From assembly GCA_009776905.1 (NCBI GenBank), contig WRMX01000001.1:1-53670 (forward strand): DNA of 53,670 bases. The letters are read 5' to 3'. Shown here one piece after another: positions 1-9,614 of this stretch. A model generated the notes under the pieces. The model saw only the letters and a program-made list of their open reading frames with translations, made no database searches and was not told the origin of the DNA. A program made the position numbers and the translations under genes. This DNA is from Oscillospiraceae bacterium (GTDB lineage Bacteria; Bacillota; Clostridia; Oscillospirales; Oscillospiraceae). Within the stretch, counting starts at the first letter, position 1; every line of letters starts with the position of its first letter.

Positions 1-103
1 TTGTAGTGTACCCTTGCCTCAGCATTATTATAGCAAAACATAAAAGGCACAGCCCGGTTTCATCCCGTTTTGTGCCTTTCGCAGAAAGGAATGGACTATT
101 AGT

Positions 104-3100
104 ATGAAAAAATCTCTATGTTTTTGTTTGGCTATAATTCTTTTGGTAGTAAGTATTGTCGTTCCGCCTTCGATTTACGCAGCATCGGCAAATTCTTTTA
201 GTTTGGATCGTTACCCTGAATATCCAACGACGGGTCAAACATATTGGATCATATTCAATGAGGGATATCGTAATTCCAGACTGGAAATGACTACTTTTAA
301 TATTGAGAACACTCAAATGGATCCCTACATTGTTTGGAATCGAAACCTTGTTCTTAATGTGCAATCAAAATCTTCGAGATGCAACCAATATTTCCTGAAC
401 GATAGCGGTGAATGGGAACAAATAGGTACATATGGTATCATAAGTGACTGGGCAACCGGTGTTATTGCTAGTAACCTAAACGTATATGACGGAAACGGGA
501 ACTTGATTATTCCGGCAAGCGAATATATCTATCAAAGTAGCATTTCACCAAACACAGCCATACCTTCAGATGCCGTTATTTACAATGGGCATTCGTATAA
601 AGTTTTTGATGTTGGTATGACATGGGACGAGGCGAAAACGTACTGTGAGAGTATTGGTGGGCATCTGGCAACTGTTGCTTCGCAATCAGAGCAAGATTTC
701 ATATCTAGCCAACTATCAACAGGAGTGAAGAATAGCTATTGGCTTGGCGGATTCCGGACACAAGGACGTGATTTTACTTGGGTCACAGGCGAACAGATGC
801 TTTACACTAACTGGGCTTCCGGGCAGCCAGATAATTTCACAGGCAGAGAGAATTGCCTTATGATATACAGAGTCACAAACCCTTTAGGGGGAGAACAGCT
901 TAAGTGGAACGATCTACAGGATGATGGCGAGTGCAAAAACGAAGTGTTTTTTGGTGTATCGAATTTTGGCTTTATCTGCGAGTGGGATGCTGGTTTATCA
1001 AAATCCCCGGAGCTTGGCTCGCCGGATACAAATGAAAGCTCGTCAGATAGCGCGACAAAAGTAAGCATATCAGACAGAATATATGTTGTTAACTTGAACG
1101 ATACCGAGCTTGTTGTCAGCGGGCTGATATCCTCCTCTTCTTTTCTCCCAACGCGAAGTAATGTCAAATGGTTCTGTAGCGACCAGTCAGCCATATTTTT
1201 TACAACAGAAATGATGTCATTTGTTGATTCTACTGATGGAACTCACGTATCTGTCCCTATCTGGTGCAGAAAAGCTGGCCATTACACGATCGAATTGTCT
1301 GCGGACGGGATGACTGCGACAGCTGGTATAACAATTGTTAATGATGGTTTCACGGAGGGAAATGTCAATATCTTTTGGGGAAGCGAAGGCAGAAATTATA
1401 ACTTTCACTATAGCGACAATTATTTTTCGCAATCAAGCTACATCTATAATCATGATTTAGCTCGCCTCTCAATTGGGCTGGAAGCGGCGAGTTTTACTGC
1501 TACTGGTGCGGATACTTACACCATAGAGGGGACGCAGGACAGCCGCGTCGGTCGCGATGCCAATATCAGGGATACCCACGCAAAGATGGGGTTTACCCAC
1601 TCAGCATATTTTAACTACGAAATCCCATTGAGCGAAGCATCCAGCAAAGTCGCGTATTCTTTTGCAGCGAAACAAATAAATAATAAAGACACCTTGATTG
1701 CAGTCTCCATCCGGGGCGGCGGTTATGGCGCGGAATGGGCGGACAATTTCTATGTCGGCGATGAATCCTTCCATGTTGGTTTTTTTCTCGCTTCCCGTTC
1801 TGTGTACAATAATCTTCTTGCGTATATAAGCACGCTAAAGACTAGCGGTGTCATTATAGGTGAAACAAAGATATGGATAACCGGGTACAGCAGGGCAGCG
1901 GCGGTAGCTAACTTAACAGCGATGCGGCTCAATGCTAATATGGACATCGACCCCAACAATCTTTTTGCGTATACATTTGCGACTCCGAGAACTGTCAACA
2001 AGAATAAAGTTGCGATTAATAACAGCGATTACAACAGTTTGCTCGGAACCAATGTCAACTCGGACGATAACATTCATAATATCATCAATCCGGCTGACTT
2101 TGTTCCTACACTGCCGCTAAGCAAATGGGGTTATGAAAGGTTTGGAGTCAGCTATACGCTTCCAAAATATGTCTATTATATCAGCAATACAAGCAAAGAT
2201 ATGGAGCGACTGAACGAGTATCTTGAAAATACCATAAAACCGGTCGAGAAAAAGTATAAGGAAATAACAGGTAATGACTTTCCAATAAAAGAACCGACAA
2301 ACTATAGCGGAGTTAATAAAGTAGAAAATATCTTGAAAAAACTTGCGAAAGATACCGGACAATATGAAAAAAAACTGCAAAGTATTATCGTTGACTTTAT
2401 ATCGGTCTTAACTGTAAATCAAGATTTAGTAAGCAGTATCCCACACGACATATTAAATGAATATAAATTAAGATTTGGCGATGAAGCTTTTGGTAAAATG
2501 CTCGTTGATATATATGAAGCCGATGATGATTTTTATCAAGAAGTAGTGGAAACAGTTGTAACAATGCTTTTAGGTGGTGACGAAGATTACTTTAAAGTAT
2601 TTATTGCGATTTGTAACAAAAACGGAATGAACGCGACGGATATCCTGAAAGAAAAGTTAACAATCGCAAATATCATCAAAGTGATAGACCTGTATATTAC
2701 CGGTTTAAGCGACATGGGCGCTCAGCATAATATTGAAATATATATGGCCTGGTTATTCGCGCATGATGCCGCTTCCTTATTTGATTCCCGTACGCTGAAT
2801 AAGTATACGATCAGATGCCCTGTCGATGTTGTGGTTTACGATAATAAAGACAATCTTGTCGTCAGTATAGTAAATGATGTAATCATAACGGATTTGCTTC
2901 CTGTAAGCGTTTCCGGCGACGCGAAAGAATTGTATATACCTTCTGACGGTGATTACAGAATGGAAATAACCGCGAGAGACAGCGGTGAGATGTCATTTAT
3001 TGTAACGGAATATGATTCTGAGTCAAATGAAACGAGAAAGGTCAATTTTTACGAAATCCCTTTAACGCCGGGTCTGAAACTTGCCTGTTATACCACTTCC

Positions 3101-3967
3101 GGCGATTCGATATTGAATAACCGGCTTTCAGCGGCGTTGAATAGTGAAACATGGACGATCCCAGCGGATGATATACTAACAGGCAGTGATTTGTCCGCCA
3201 TTGGTATAACGTTGGATGTGAGCGGCTACGGCAGCGCTTTTGGTAATCAAAACGTGTCGAAAGGCGATTATGTAACTGTTGAAGCAAGCGCGCTCAATGG
3301 CTCATCATTTAGCGGCTGGTATAGAAACGGAGATAAAGTCTCAGATGCCCCTGTATTTAGTTTTGTCGCGCTGGAATCTCAAATATTGGAAGCAAGATTT
3401 CATCCTAATTTCAACCCCTTCACCGATGTGGCCAAATCCGCATGGTTCTACGACTACGTATTGAGTGCGTACAATATGGGCCTAATCAACGGGAGAACAG
3501 CGACTACTTATGCTCCCTATGGCGAGCTCAGCTACGCCGAGGCAATAAAACTGGCAGTCTGTATGTACGAAATACACACAGAAGGATCTGTCAAAACAGG
3601 GAACAGTAGCGGATCGACATGGTATCTCAACTATGTTCTCAGCGCGTTATCATATTATATCATCGACGACAGAAACTATAATTGGGACGCGCCCGCAACG
3701 CGGGCAGAGTATATGGAGATATTCGCAAACGCATTGCCGGACGAAGCGCTCCGGGCGATAAACACGGTAACGGACGGAAGCATCGCCGACGTGCCAATGA
3801 CCCACCCGCAGGCAGCCGCAATATATAAGCTCTACCGCGCCGGCATCCTTAATGGCGTCGACTCGGACAATAATTGCAGCCCCGCGTCCAACATCATGCG
3901 CAGCGAGGTCGCGGTCGTCATCATCAGAATGATGGACGAGAGTACAAGGATCAGGTTTAGCATGTAG
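104..3967 (+). CDS. Secreted multidomain cell-surface protein: signal peptide, C-type lectin-like domain, class-3 lipase-like domain, C-terminal SLH repeats
   Basis: Longest ORF in an AT-richer stretch. N-terminus MKKSLCFCLAIILLVVSIVVPPSIYA/AS looks like a Sec signal peptide. Residues about 165-295 read as a C-type lectin fold (YWLGG, NWASGQPDN, ENC, KWNDLQDDGEC, GFICEW). ITGYSRAAAVANL and NIINPADFVPTLP resemble the lipase_3 nucleophile elbow and Asp loop. The last ~190 aa resemble three SLH repeats (FTDV...GLINGRTATTYAPYGELSYAEAIKL; YRAGILNGVDSDNNCSPASNIMRSEVAVVIIRM). Confidence 0.8.
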   Translation: MKKSLCFCLAIILLVVSIVVPPSIYAASANSFSLDRYPEYPTTGQTYWIIFNEGYRNSRLEMTTFNIENTQMDPYIVWNRNLVLNVQSKSSRCNQYFLNDSGEWEQIGTYGIISDWATGVIASNLNVYDGNGNLIIPASEYIYQSSISPNTAIPSDAVIYNGHSYKVFDVGMTWDEAKTYCESIGGHLATVASQSEQDFISSQLSTGVKNSYWLGGFRTQGRDFTWVTGEQMLYTNWASGQPDNFTGRENCLMIYRVTNPLGGEQLKWNDLQDDGECKNEVFFGVSNFGFICEWDAGLSKSPELGSPDTNESSSDSATKVSISDRIYVVNLNDTELVVSGLISSSSFLPTRSNVKWFCSDQSAIFFTTEMMSFVDSTDGTHVSVPIWCRKAGHYTIELSADGMTATAGITIVNDGFTEGNVNIFWGSEGRNYNFHYSDNYFSQSSYIYNHDLARLSIGLEAASFTATGADTYTIEGTQDSRVGRDANIRDTHAKMGFTHSAYFNYEIPLSEASSKVAYSFAAKQINNKDTLIAVSIRGGGYGAEWADNFYVGDESFHVGFFLASRSVYNNLLAYISTLKTSGVIIGETKIWITGYSRAAAVANLTAMRLNANMDIDPNNLFAYTFATPRTVNKNKVAINNSDYNSLLGTNVNSDDNIHNIINPADFVPTLPLSKWGYERFGVSYTLPKYVYYISNTSKDMERLNEYLENTIKPVEKKYKEITGNDFPIKEPTNYSGVNKVENILKKLAKDTGQYEKKLQSIIVDFISVLTVNQDLVSSIPHDILNEYKLRFGDEAFGKMLVDIYEADDDFYQEVVETVVTMLLGGDEDYFKVFIAICNKNGMNATDILKEKLTIANIIKVIDLYITGLSDMGAQHNIEIYMAWLFAHDAASLFDSRTLNKYTIRCPVDVVVYDNKDNLVVSIVNDVIITDLLPVSVSGDAKELYIPSDGDYRMEITARDSGEMSFIVTEYDSESNETRKVNFYEIPLTPGLKLACYTTSGDSILNNRLSAALNSETWTIPADDILTGSDLSAIGITLDVSGYGSAFGNQNVSKGDYVTVEASALNGSSFSGWYRNGDKVSDAPVFSFVALESQILEARFHPNFNPFTDVAKSAWFYDYVLSAYNMGLINGRTATTYAPYGELSYAEAIKLAVCMYEIHTEGSVKTGNSSGSTWYLNYVLSALSYYIIDDRNYNWDAPATRAEYMEIFANALPDEALRAINTVTDGSIADVPMTHPQAAAIYKLYRAGILNGVDSDNNCSPASNIMRSEVAVVIIRMMDESTRIRFSM

Positions 3968-4089
3968 GCATCCATATCTATTAAATATCTATATCACCCA
4001 CGGTATTGTTGATATTTTAGTACAATAAGCGTATAATCGTTTCTGATAATCAAATTGCTATGCAACTGCTCGCAACTATGTAAAGGTCG

Positions 4090-7000
4090 GTGTTCGTTCT
4101 GTATTTGAAATCCATTGAATTGCAAGGATTCAAGTCGTTTCCCGAAAAGACGCGCCTGATGTTCGAAAAACCGATCACAGGCATCGTCGGCCCCAACGGC
4201 AGCGGAAAGTCCAACATTTCCGATGCCATTCTTTGGGTTATGGGCGAGCAATCGACAAGGTCGCTGCGCAGCGGCAAAATGGAAGACGTCATTTTTGGCG
4301 GGACTCAAAAGCGCAACCAGGTCGGTTTTGCCGAAGTCTCGCTCATTTTGGACAACTCCGACGGCCGCCTGGGGCTCGAAAACACCGAAGTTATGATCAC
4401 GAGGCGATATTACCGTTCCGGCGAGAGCGAGTATTATATCAACCGCACGCTTGTCCGCCTGAAAGACGTCAACGAGCTTCTGATGGACACGGGGCTCGGG
4501 CGCGAGGGGTACAGCATAATCGGGCAGGGAAAGATAGCCGACATTCTGTCTTCTAAAAGCAAGGACCGGCGCGAGATTTTCGAGGAGGCTGCGGGAATTT
4601 CGCGTTACAGGCACAGAAAAGAGGAGTCGGAGCGCAAGCTCCAGCAGACCGATGAGAACCTTCTCAGGATCGGCGACAAGATCGGCGAGCTTGAGCTGCA
4701 AATAGAGCCTTTGCGCGAGCAGGCCGAGACTGCGCGGAAGTACCTTCTCTTTCGCGACGAGCTGCGCGGGCTCGAGATTTCCGTTTGGTTACGGGACTTG
4801 GAGACGCTGCGCATCAGGGCGGCAAAGGCCGAAGATGACCAAAAGACCGCAAAGCTGGCGTTGGCCGAGGCCACGCGGGCCTTTGAATCGGGCTTTGAGG
4901 AGTCGGAGGCCCTTTCGGACGAAATGCGCCGTTGCGACATCGAGGCCGATTCCGTGCGCGAGATGATTTCCTCCGAGGAATCCCGCCTCAATGAGCTGGA
5001 GAGCGCGATCGCCGTTTCAAAATCGCGCATGGAGGGCAACGCAGGGCAAATCGAGAGCCTGAGCTTGGACATACAGTCACAGGAGAACAGGCAGGGCGGC
5101 GTCGGGGCGCAGATCAGCGAACGCGAAAGCAGGCTGCGGGAAATTGCTTCGGACAGGCTGGCGTTTGACGCGCGGGCGGCAGAGCTAGCGTCCGAAATGC
5201 TTGGCATATCCAATTTGGCAGGCGGCGCGTCCGAGGAGCTCGGCGCGCTGATGAATATGGAGAACGAGGTCCAGTCCGCGCTTTCGGAGCATAGATCGAC
5301 TCTTTCCGCCTTAGCATCGCAGGCGCAGGAGTTGTTTGACATGGACAACTCCGTCAAACAGGAGTTGTCGGCTGCTGCTTCGACGCTTGAGGCTCGGAGC
5401 AGTGATTATGAGTCGTTCTCTGCCGAACTCAGCAAAGCGCGGGAAGACGCCGCTTCGCTCGTCAATGTAGCGAACGGCCTTGCGATTAAGGCACGCAACC
5501 GCGCGGACAAGGCCGTGATGAGCGCGGAGCAATTGGAACGCCTCTCTTTTGAACTTAAGACGATTGAGTCGAGGAGGAACCTCCTTGCCGATATGGAAAA
5601 GGACTACCAGGGCTATTCCAAGGCCGTCAAGCTTGTGATGCAGGAGTCCGCTCGCGGTTCTTTGAAAAATATCCACGGCACTGTCGCGAGCCTTATCAAA
5701 GTCGAGGACAAGTACACCGTCGCCATCGAGACCGCTTTGGGGGGAGCCATGCAAAACATTGTCGTCGATACGGAGGAAGACGGCAAGGCTGCCATCAATC
5801 TTTTGAAGAAAAGGGATGGGGGCAGGGGGACGTTCCTGCCGATATCGACGATTTCAGGCAACATACTCAAAGCGTCCGACGTCGGGAGCGATGACGGATT
5901 TGAGGGCGTGGCGCTCGGTCTTGTCGAATACGATAAAAAATATGCCGGAATCTACGCGAGCCTGCTGGGGCGCGTCATAGTCGCGGACGATTTGAACAGC
6001 GCCGTCAGGATCGCCAAAAAGCATGGCTATAGATATAAGGTCGTGACCCTCGACGGGCAGGTCATGAACACAGGCGGTTCCATGACCGGCGGTTCTGCCG
6101 CCGGCAACGCGGGAGTGCTTTCACGCGCTAATGAGATAGCGCAATTGTCCGGCAGGATCGACGTTTTGGGCGCCGATGTCGCCAAGCTGAGCCGCGAACA
6201 CGCGGAGCGCGTCAGGGAGAAGACTGCTGCCGAGTATGAGATGACGACCGCTCAATCCGAGCTGCGCGCTGCGGAGGATCTTCTCATCAAGCTAGAGGGC
6301 GAGGATACGTTGTTTACGCAATTGCTGGGCGCCGCGAAAGAGCAAATGGAGGCTTTCGGCGCCGAGATTGCTTCGATAGAAAAGAGAATTGCCGCCAACA
6401 GCGATGATACGAAAGCCGCAAGGGATGCAATACTTTCACTCGAGGCCGATGCCGCAGCGGCAAAAAGCAAGATTGAGGTAGCTATCCGCGGCCAGGAGCG
6501 CCTGACGGAGGAGCGCGAGCGCGTCAATGCGGCGATGTCCGAGCTTCGCGCCGGACGCGCTTCCATAGATGCCGAATATGAAGCATTGACGAAGGCCGTC
6601 GTCGAGCTGAGCGCCTTACGCGACGAAATGTCGGGCAACCGTGACCGCCAGCTGGAAGCAATCGGCGAGCTGAAGAGCCAAAACGACCGGATTCGGGACG
6701 AGATACTCAAAAATGAGCGATTGTGCGAGGCCGTCGCAAAACAGATCGACGAATATAGGCAAAGGCTGGCCGGCGTCAACACCGCAAAGCTGGACATAGA
6801 AGCCAAGCGCAGCAGCTTGAACAAGGACATACAAAACATGAACCAGGAAATGCTGGAGCAGGAGCGCGAATGCTCGAGGCTCGAGCAAAGGATTCTAGCC
6901 GCGAAAATGGAAGAAAACCAGATTATAGACAAGCTCTGGGACACATATGAGCTCAGCCGCAGCGCGGCGATGAGCACCGGCACGCGCATTGAAAACCTTG

Positions 7001-7695
7001 CAGAGGCGCAGCGCCGCATTTCGGCGTTGAAGCGGCAGATTTCCGAGCTTGGGAACCCGAACATCGGAGCCATCGACGAGTTTGCCCGGGTCAACACAAG
7101 ATACTCTTTCCTCACGTCGCAGCGCGACGATGTGGAAAAAGCTAAAGGCGAAATCATCGAAATCATCAATGATATCACAGAACGAATGCGCGAGATTTTT
7201 ACTCGCGAGTTTGCCGTCATAAACGAGAGCTTCGGCAAGACGTTTAAGGAACTGTTCGGAGGCGGGCGTGCATCGCTCGTCCTCGAAGACCCGGACGATG
7301 TTTTGAATTGCGGCGTCGAGATTCAGGTCCAGCCACCCGGCAAGTCGCTGAAGACGCTTACGCTGCTTTCTGGCGGCGAGAAGGCTTTCGTTGCCATCGC
7401 GATATATTTCGCGATATTGTTCGTGCGTCCACCGCCGTTTGTTGTCATGGACGAGATTGACGCGGCGCTTGACGACGCGAACGTTCTTCGGTTTGCCTCG
7501 TACATGCGCAGAATGTCGTGCAATACGCAGATGCTTGTCATTTCGCATAAAAGGGCAACGATGGAAGAAGCCGACGTTCTATATGGCGTGACGATGCAGG
7601 AGCTTGGCGTGTCCAGCATTCTCAGGATCGATCTTGATGAGGCGGAGCGGCAGATCATGACGCGCAACGCGCCCGTTTCGGAAAGGTACCAATAG
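4090..7695 (+). CDS. smc: Chromosome segregation protein SMC
   Basis: 1201 aa. N-terminal LKSIELQGFKSF...GIVGPNGSGKSNISDAI Walker A, long coiled coils, hinge (GTVASLIKVEDKYTVAIETALGGAMQNIVV), C-terminal LSGGEKAFVAIAIYFAI signature and VMDEIDAALD Walker B. Start codon uncertain (GTG 4090, or a nearby CTG/TTG). Confidence 0.95.
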   Translation: MFVLYLKSIELQGFKSFPEKTRLMFEKPITGIVGPNGSGKSNISDAILWVMGEQSTRSLRSGKMEDVIFGGTQKRNQVGFAEVSLILDNSDGRLGLENTEVMITRRYYRSGESEYYINRTLVRLKDVNELLMDTGLGREGYSIIGQGKIADILSSKSKDRREIFEEAAGISRYRHRKEESERKLQQTDENLLRIGDKIGELELQIEPLREQAETARKYLLFRDELRGLEISVWLRDLETLRIRAAKAEDDQKTAKLALAEATRAFESGFEESEALSDEMRRCDIEADSVREMISSEESRLNELESAIAVSKSRMEGNAGQIESLSLDIQSQENRQGGVGAQISERESRLREIASDRLAFDARAAELASEMLGISNLAGGASEELGALMNMENEVQSALSEHRSTLSALASQAQELFDMDNSVKQELSAAASTLEARSSDYESFSAELSKAREDAASLVNVANGLAIKARNRADKAVMSAEQLERLSFELKTIESRRNLLADMEKDYQGYSKAVKLVMQESARGSLKNIHGTVASLIKVEDKYTVAIETALGGAMQNIVVDTEEDGKAAINLLKKRDGGRGTFLPISTISGNILKASDVGSDDGFEGVALGLVEYDKKYAGIYASLLGRVIVADDLNSAVRIAKKHGYRYKVVTLDGQVMNTGGSMTGGSAAGNAGVLSRANEIAQLSGRIDVLGADVAKLSREHAERVREKTAAEYEMTTAQSELRAAEDLLIKLEGEDTLFTQLLGAAKEQMEAFGAEIASIEKRIAANSDDTKAARDAILSLEADAAAAKSKIEVAIRGQERLTEERERVNAAMSELRAGRASIDAEYEALTKAVVELSALRDEMSGNRDRQLEAIGELKSQNDRIRDEILKNERLCEAVAKQIDEYRQRLAGVNTAKLDIEAKRSSLNKDIQNMNQEMLEQERECSRLEQRILAAKMEENQIIDKLWDTYELSRSAAMSTGTRIENLAEAQRRISALKRQISELGNPNIGAIDEFARVNTRYSFLTSQRDDVEKAKGEIIEIINDITERMREIFTREFAVINESFGKTFKELFGGGRASLVLEDPDDVLNCGVEIQVQPPGKSLKTLTLLSGGEKAFVAIAIYFAILFVRPPPFVVMDEIDAALDDANVLRFASYMRRMSCNTQMLVISHKRATMEEADVLYGVTMQELGVSSILRIDLDEAERQIMTRNAPVSERYQ

Positions 7696-7876
7696 CTAGT
7701 GCCTTAACGACTCGCAACGCTAATTAATAACAAGACAAATTTCAGTCGCTAAGGCGCTATCGCCGCGCGAAGCGCGGGTGATTTAATGAATAATCGTCTT
7801 ATCATTCCTTGCTGCGCAGATAAGACTTTACATTAACGTTATGTGCCGTTGCGCAGCGGCGGAATGGACGATTAAT

Positions 7877-8785
7877 ATGGGTATATTGTCTAAATTGCGC
7901 GAAGGCCTGGCCAAAACAACAAAAAGCGTGTCCGCGCAGCTAAGCGGCCTCTTCGCCGCATTTACCGGCGCAAACGATGAATTTTTTGATGAATTGGAAG
8001 AAAGATTAATCGTTGCCGACCTTGGCGCGCAAACTTCAGCAGATGCTGTTGAGCTGCTGCGCGAAAGGGTCAGAAGCGAGGGGCTGCGGACCAGCGCGGA
8101 CATCAAGGCGGCCCTAGCCGACATACTCGTCAAATTTCTGGACGTTGGCGATATTGGGCTGAAGCTCGGCACAAAGCCGGCCATCGTGCTGATTATCGGC
8201 GTGAACGGGGTGGGGAAGACCACCACCATCGGCAAGCTGGCTACAATGTTCCGCGATGACGGAAAAAAGGTGCTGTTATGCGCGGGGGACACTTTCCGCG
8301 CGGCGGCCGGGGAGCAGCTGAGCATTTGGGCTCGCCGCGCCGATGCGGACATTGTTCGCAAAGACGAGGGCGCTGACCCTGCCGCCGTCATATTTGACGG
8401 CATCAACGCCGCGAAGGCGCGGGGAGCAGACGTCATTATATGCGACACCGCGGGGCGGCTGCACAACAAATCCAATCTTATGAACGAGCTGAACAAAATC
8501 AGCCGGGTCATAGACCGCGAACTGCCCGATGCGGACAGGGAAACGCTGCTCGTGCTTGATGCTACGACCGGACAGAATGGCTTGATCCAGGCTCGCGAAT
8601 TTAATGCCACCGCAGGCATTACAGGCATCGTGCTGACAAAACTCGACGGCACCGCAAAGGGCGGCATTGTCTTTGCCATTGCGGAGCTTCTGAAGGTTCC
8701 TGTCAAGCTCGTTGGAGTCGGGGAGAAGCCGGATGATTTGGCTGTTTTTGACAGCCGCGAATTTGTCGAGGCGATATTAGAATGA
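7877..8785 (+). CDS. ftsY: Signal recognition particle receptor FtsY
   Basis: MGILSKLREGLAKT start, then IIGVNGVGKTTTIGKLA P-loop, DTAGRL and TKLDGTAKGG motifs of SRP GTPases. Canonical smc-ftsY synteny. I prefer the ATG at 7877 over the track start at 7841. Confidence 0.93.
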   Translation: MGILSKLREGLAKTTKSVSAQLSGLFAAFTGANDEFFDELEERLIVADLGAQTSADAVELLRERVRSEGLRTSADIKAALADILVKFLDVGDIGLKLGTKPAIVLIIGVNGVGKTTTIGKLATMFRDDGKKVLLCAGDTFRAAAGEQLSIWARRADADIVRKDEGADPAAVIFDGINAAKARGADVIICDTAGRLHNKSNLMNELNKISRVIDRELPDADRETLLVLDATTGQNGLIQAREFNATAGITGIVLTKLDGTAKGGIVFAIAELLKVPVKLVGVGEKPDDLAVFDSREFVEAILE

Positions 8786-9531
8786 GCGGACGTGGGAGCG
8801 GACGTGGGAGCGGGAGCGGGAGCGGACATGGGAGCGGGCGTGATGCGGATGTCGTGCTTGCGACGTCCGGCAACGCGGAGAGCCGTGCGGAGAGCCGTGC
8901 GGAAGGCGGCATGGAGAGCAGCGCAGGTAATATAGAGGGCGGCTTTGGCAAAACAGTGTTCGTGCTTGCGACCGCAAACAGCGGGAAAATCCGGGAGATG
9001 CGCTCAATATTGGGCGCGGCAGGCATTGACGCAATCGCCAGAAGCGAGGTAGGCATCGAAAGCGACATAGAAGAAACAGGCGGCACGTTCCGCGACAATG
9101 CGCTCATAAAAGCCCGATACGTATGCAAGCTCTCCGGGATGCCTGCGATCGCGGACGATTCGGGGCTTGTCGTCGAAGCGCTGGGCGGCGCGCCCGGGGT
9201 CGATACCAGCTCATACGGCGGCATTGCTTTAACAAACGATGAAAGATGCCGGTTTCTGATTAAAAATATGGAGAACGTGGAACATCGAGCGGCAAAATTC
9301 GTCTGTACTGTTGTGTGCGTATTCCCAAACGGCGATGAATTGATTGCTGAGGGCGAGTGCAGCGGGGAAATCGCGCGGTCTTTGTCGGGAGAAAACGGCT
9401 TTGGATTTGATCCGGTGTTTTTTATACCGCAGATCGGGAAGACATTAGCGGAGATTTCACAGGAAGAGAAGAATGGCTTGTCGCACAGGGGGGCCGCTTT
9501 GCGCGCGCTTGTGCGATTGATGGCGGAATAG
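8782..9531 (+). CDS. rdgB: Non-canonical purine NTP pyrophosphatase (RdgB/HAM1 family) with Gly/Ser-rich N-terminal extension
   Basis: FVLATANSGKIREM, GGTFRDNALIKA, AIADDSGLVVEALGGAPG, GFGFDPVF and SHRGAAL are HAM1 motifs. ATGA overlap with the ftsY stop at 8782-8785. The true start could instead be the internal Met at 8911. Confidence 0.85.
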   Translation: MSGRGSGRGSGSGSGHGSGRDADVVLATSGNAESRAESRAEGGMESSAGNIEGGFGKTVFVLATANSGKIREMRSILGAAGIDAIARSEVGIESDIEETGGTFRDNALIKARYVCKLSGMPAIADDSGLVVEALGGAPGVDTSSYGGIALTNDERCRFLIKNMENVEHRAAKFVCTVVCVFPNGDELIAEGECSGEIARSLSGENGFGFDPVFFIPQIGKTLAEISQEEKNGLSHRGAALRALVRLMAE

Positions 9532-9614
9532 CGTGTGCCACGCACGGCGGCTGCGCGCCAAGTATGCCGCGCCCGGCAACAGGTGCGAGGCCAGCAACGG
9601 ATATAGGTGATTAG

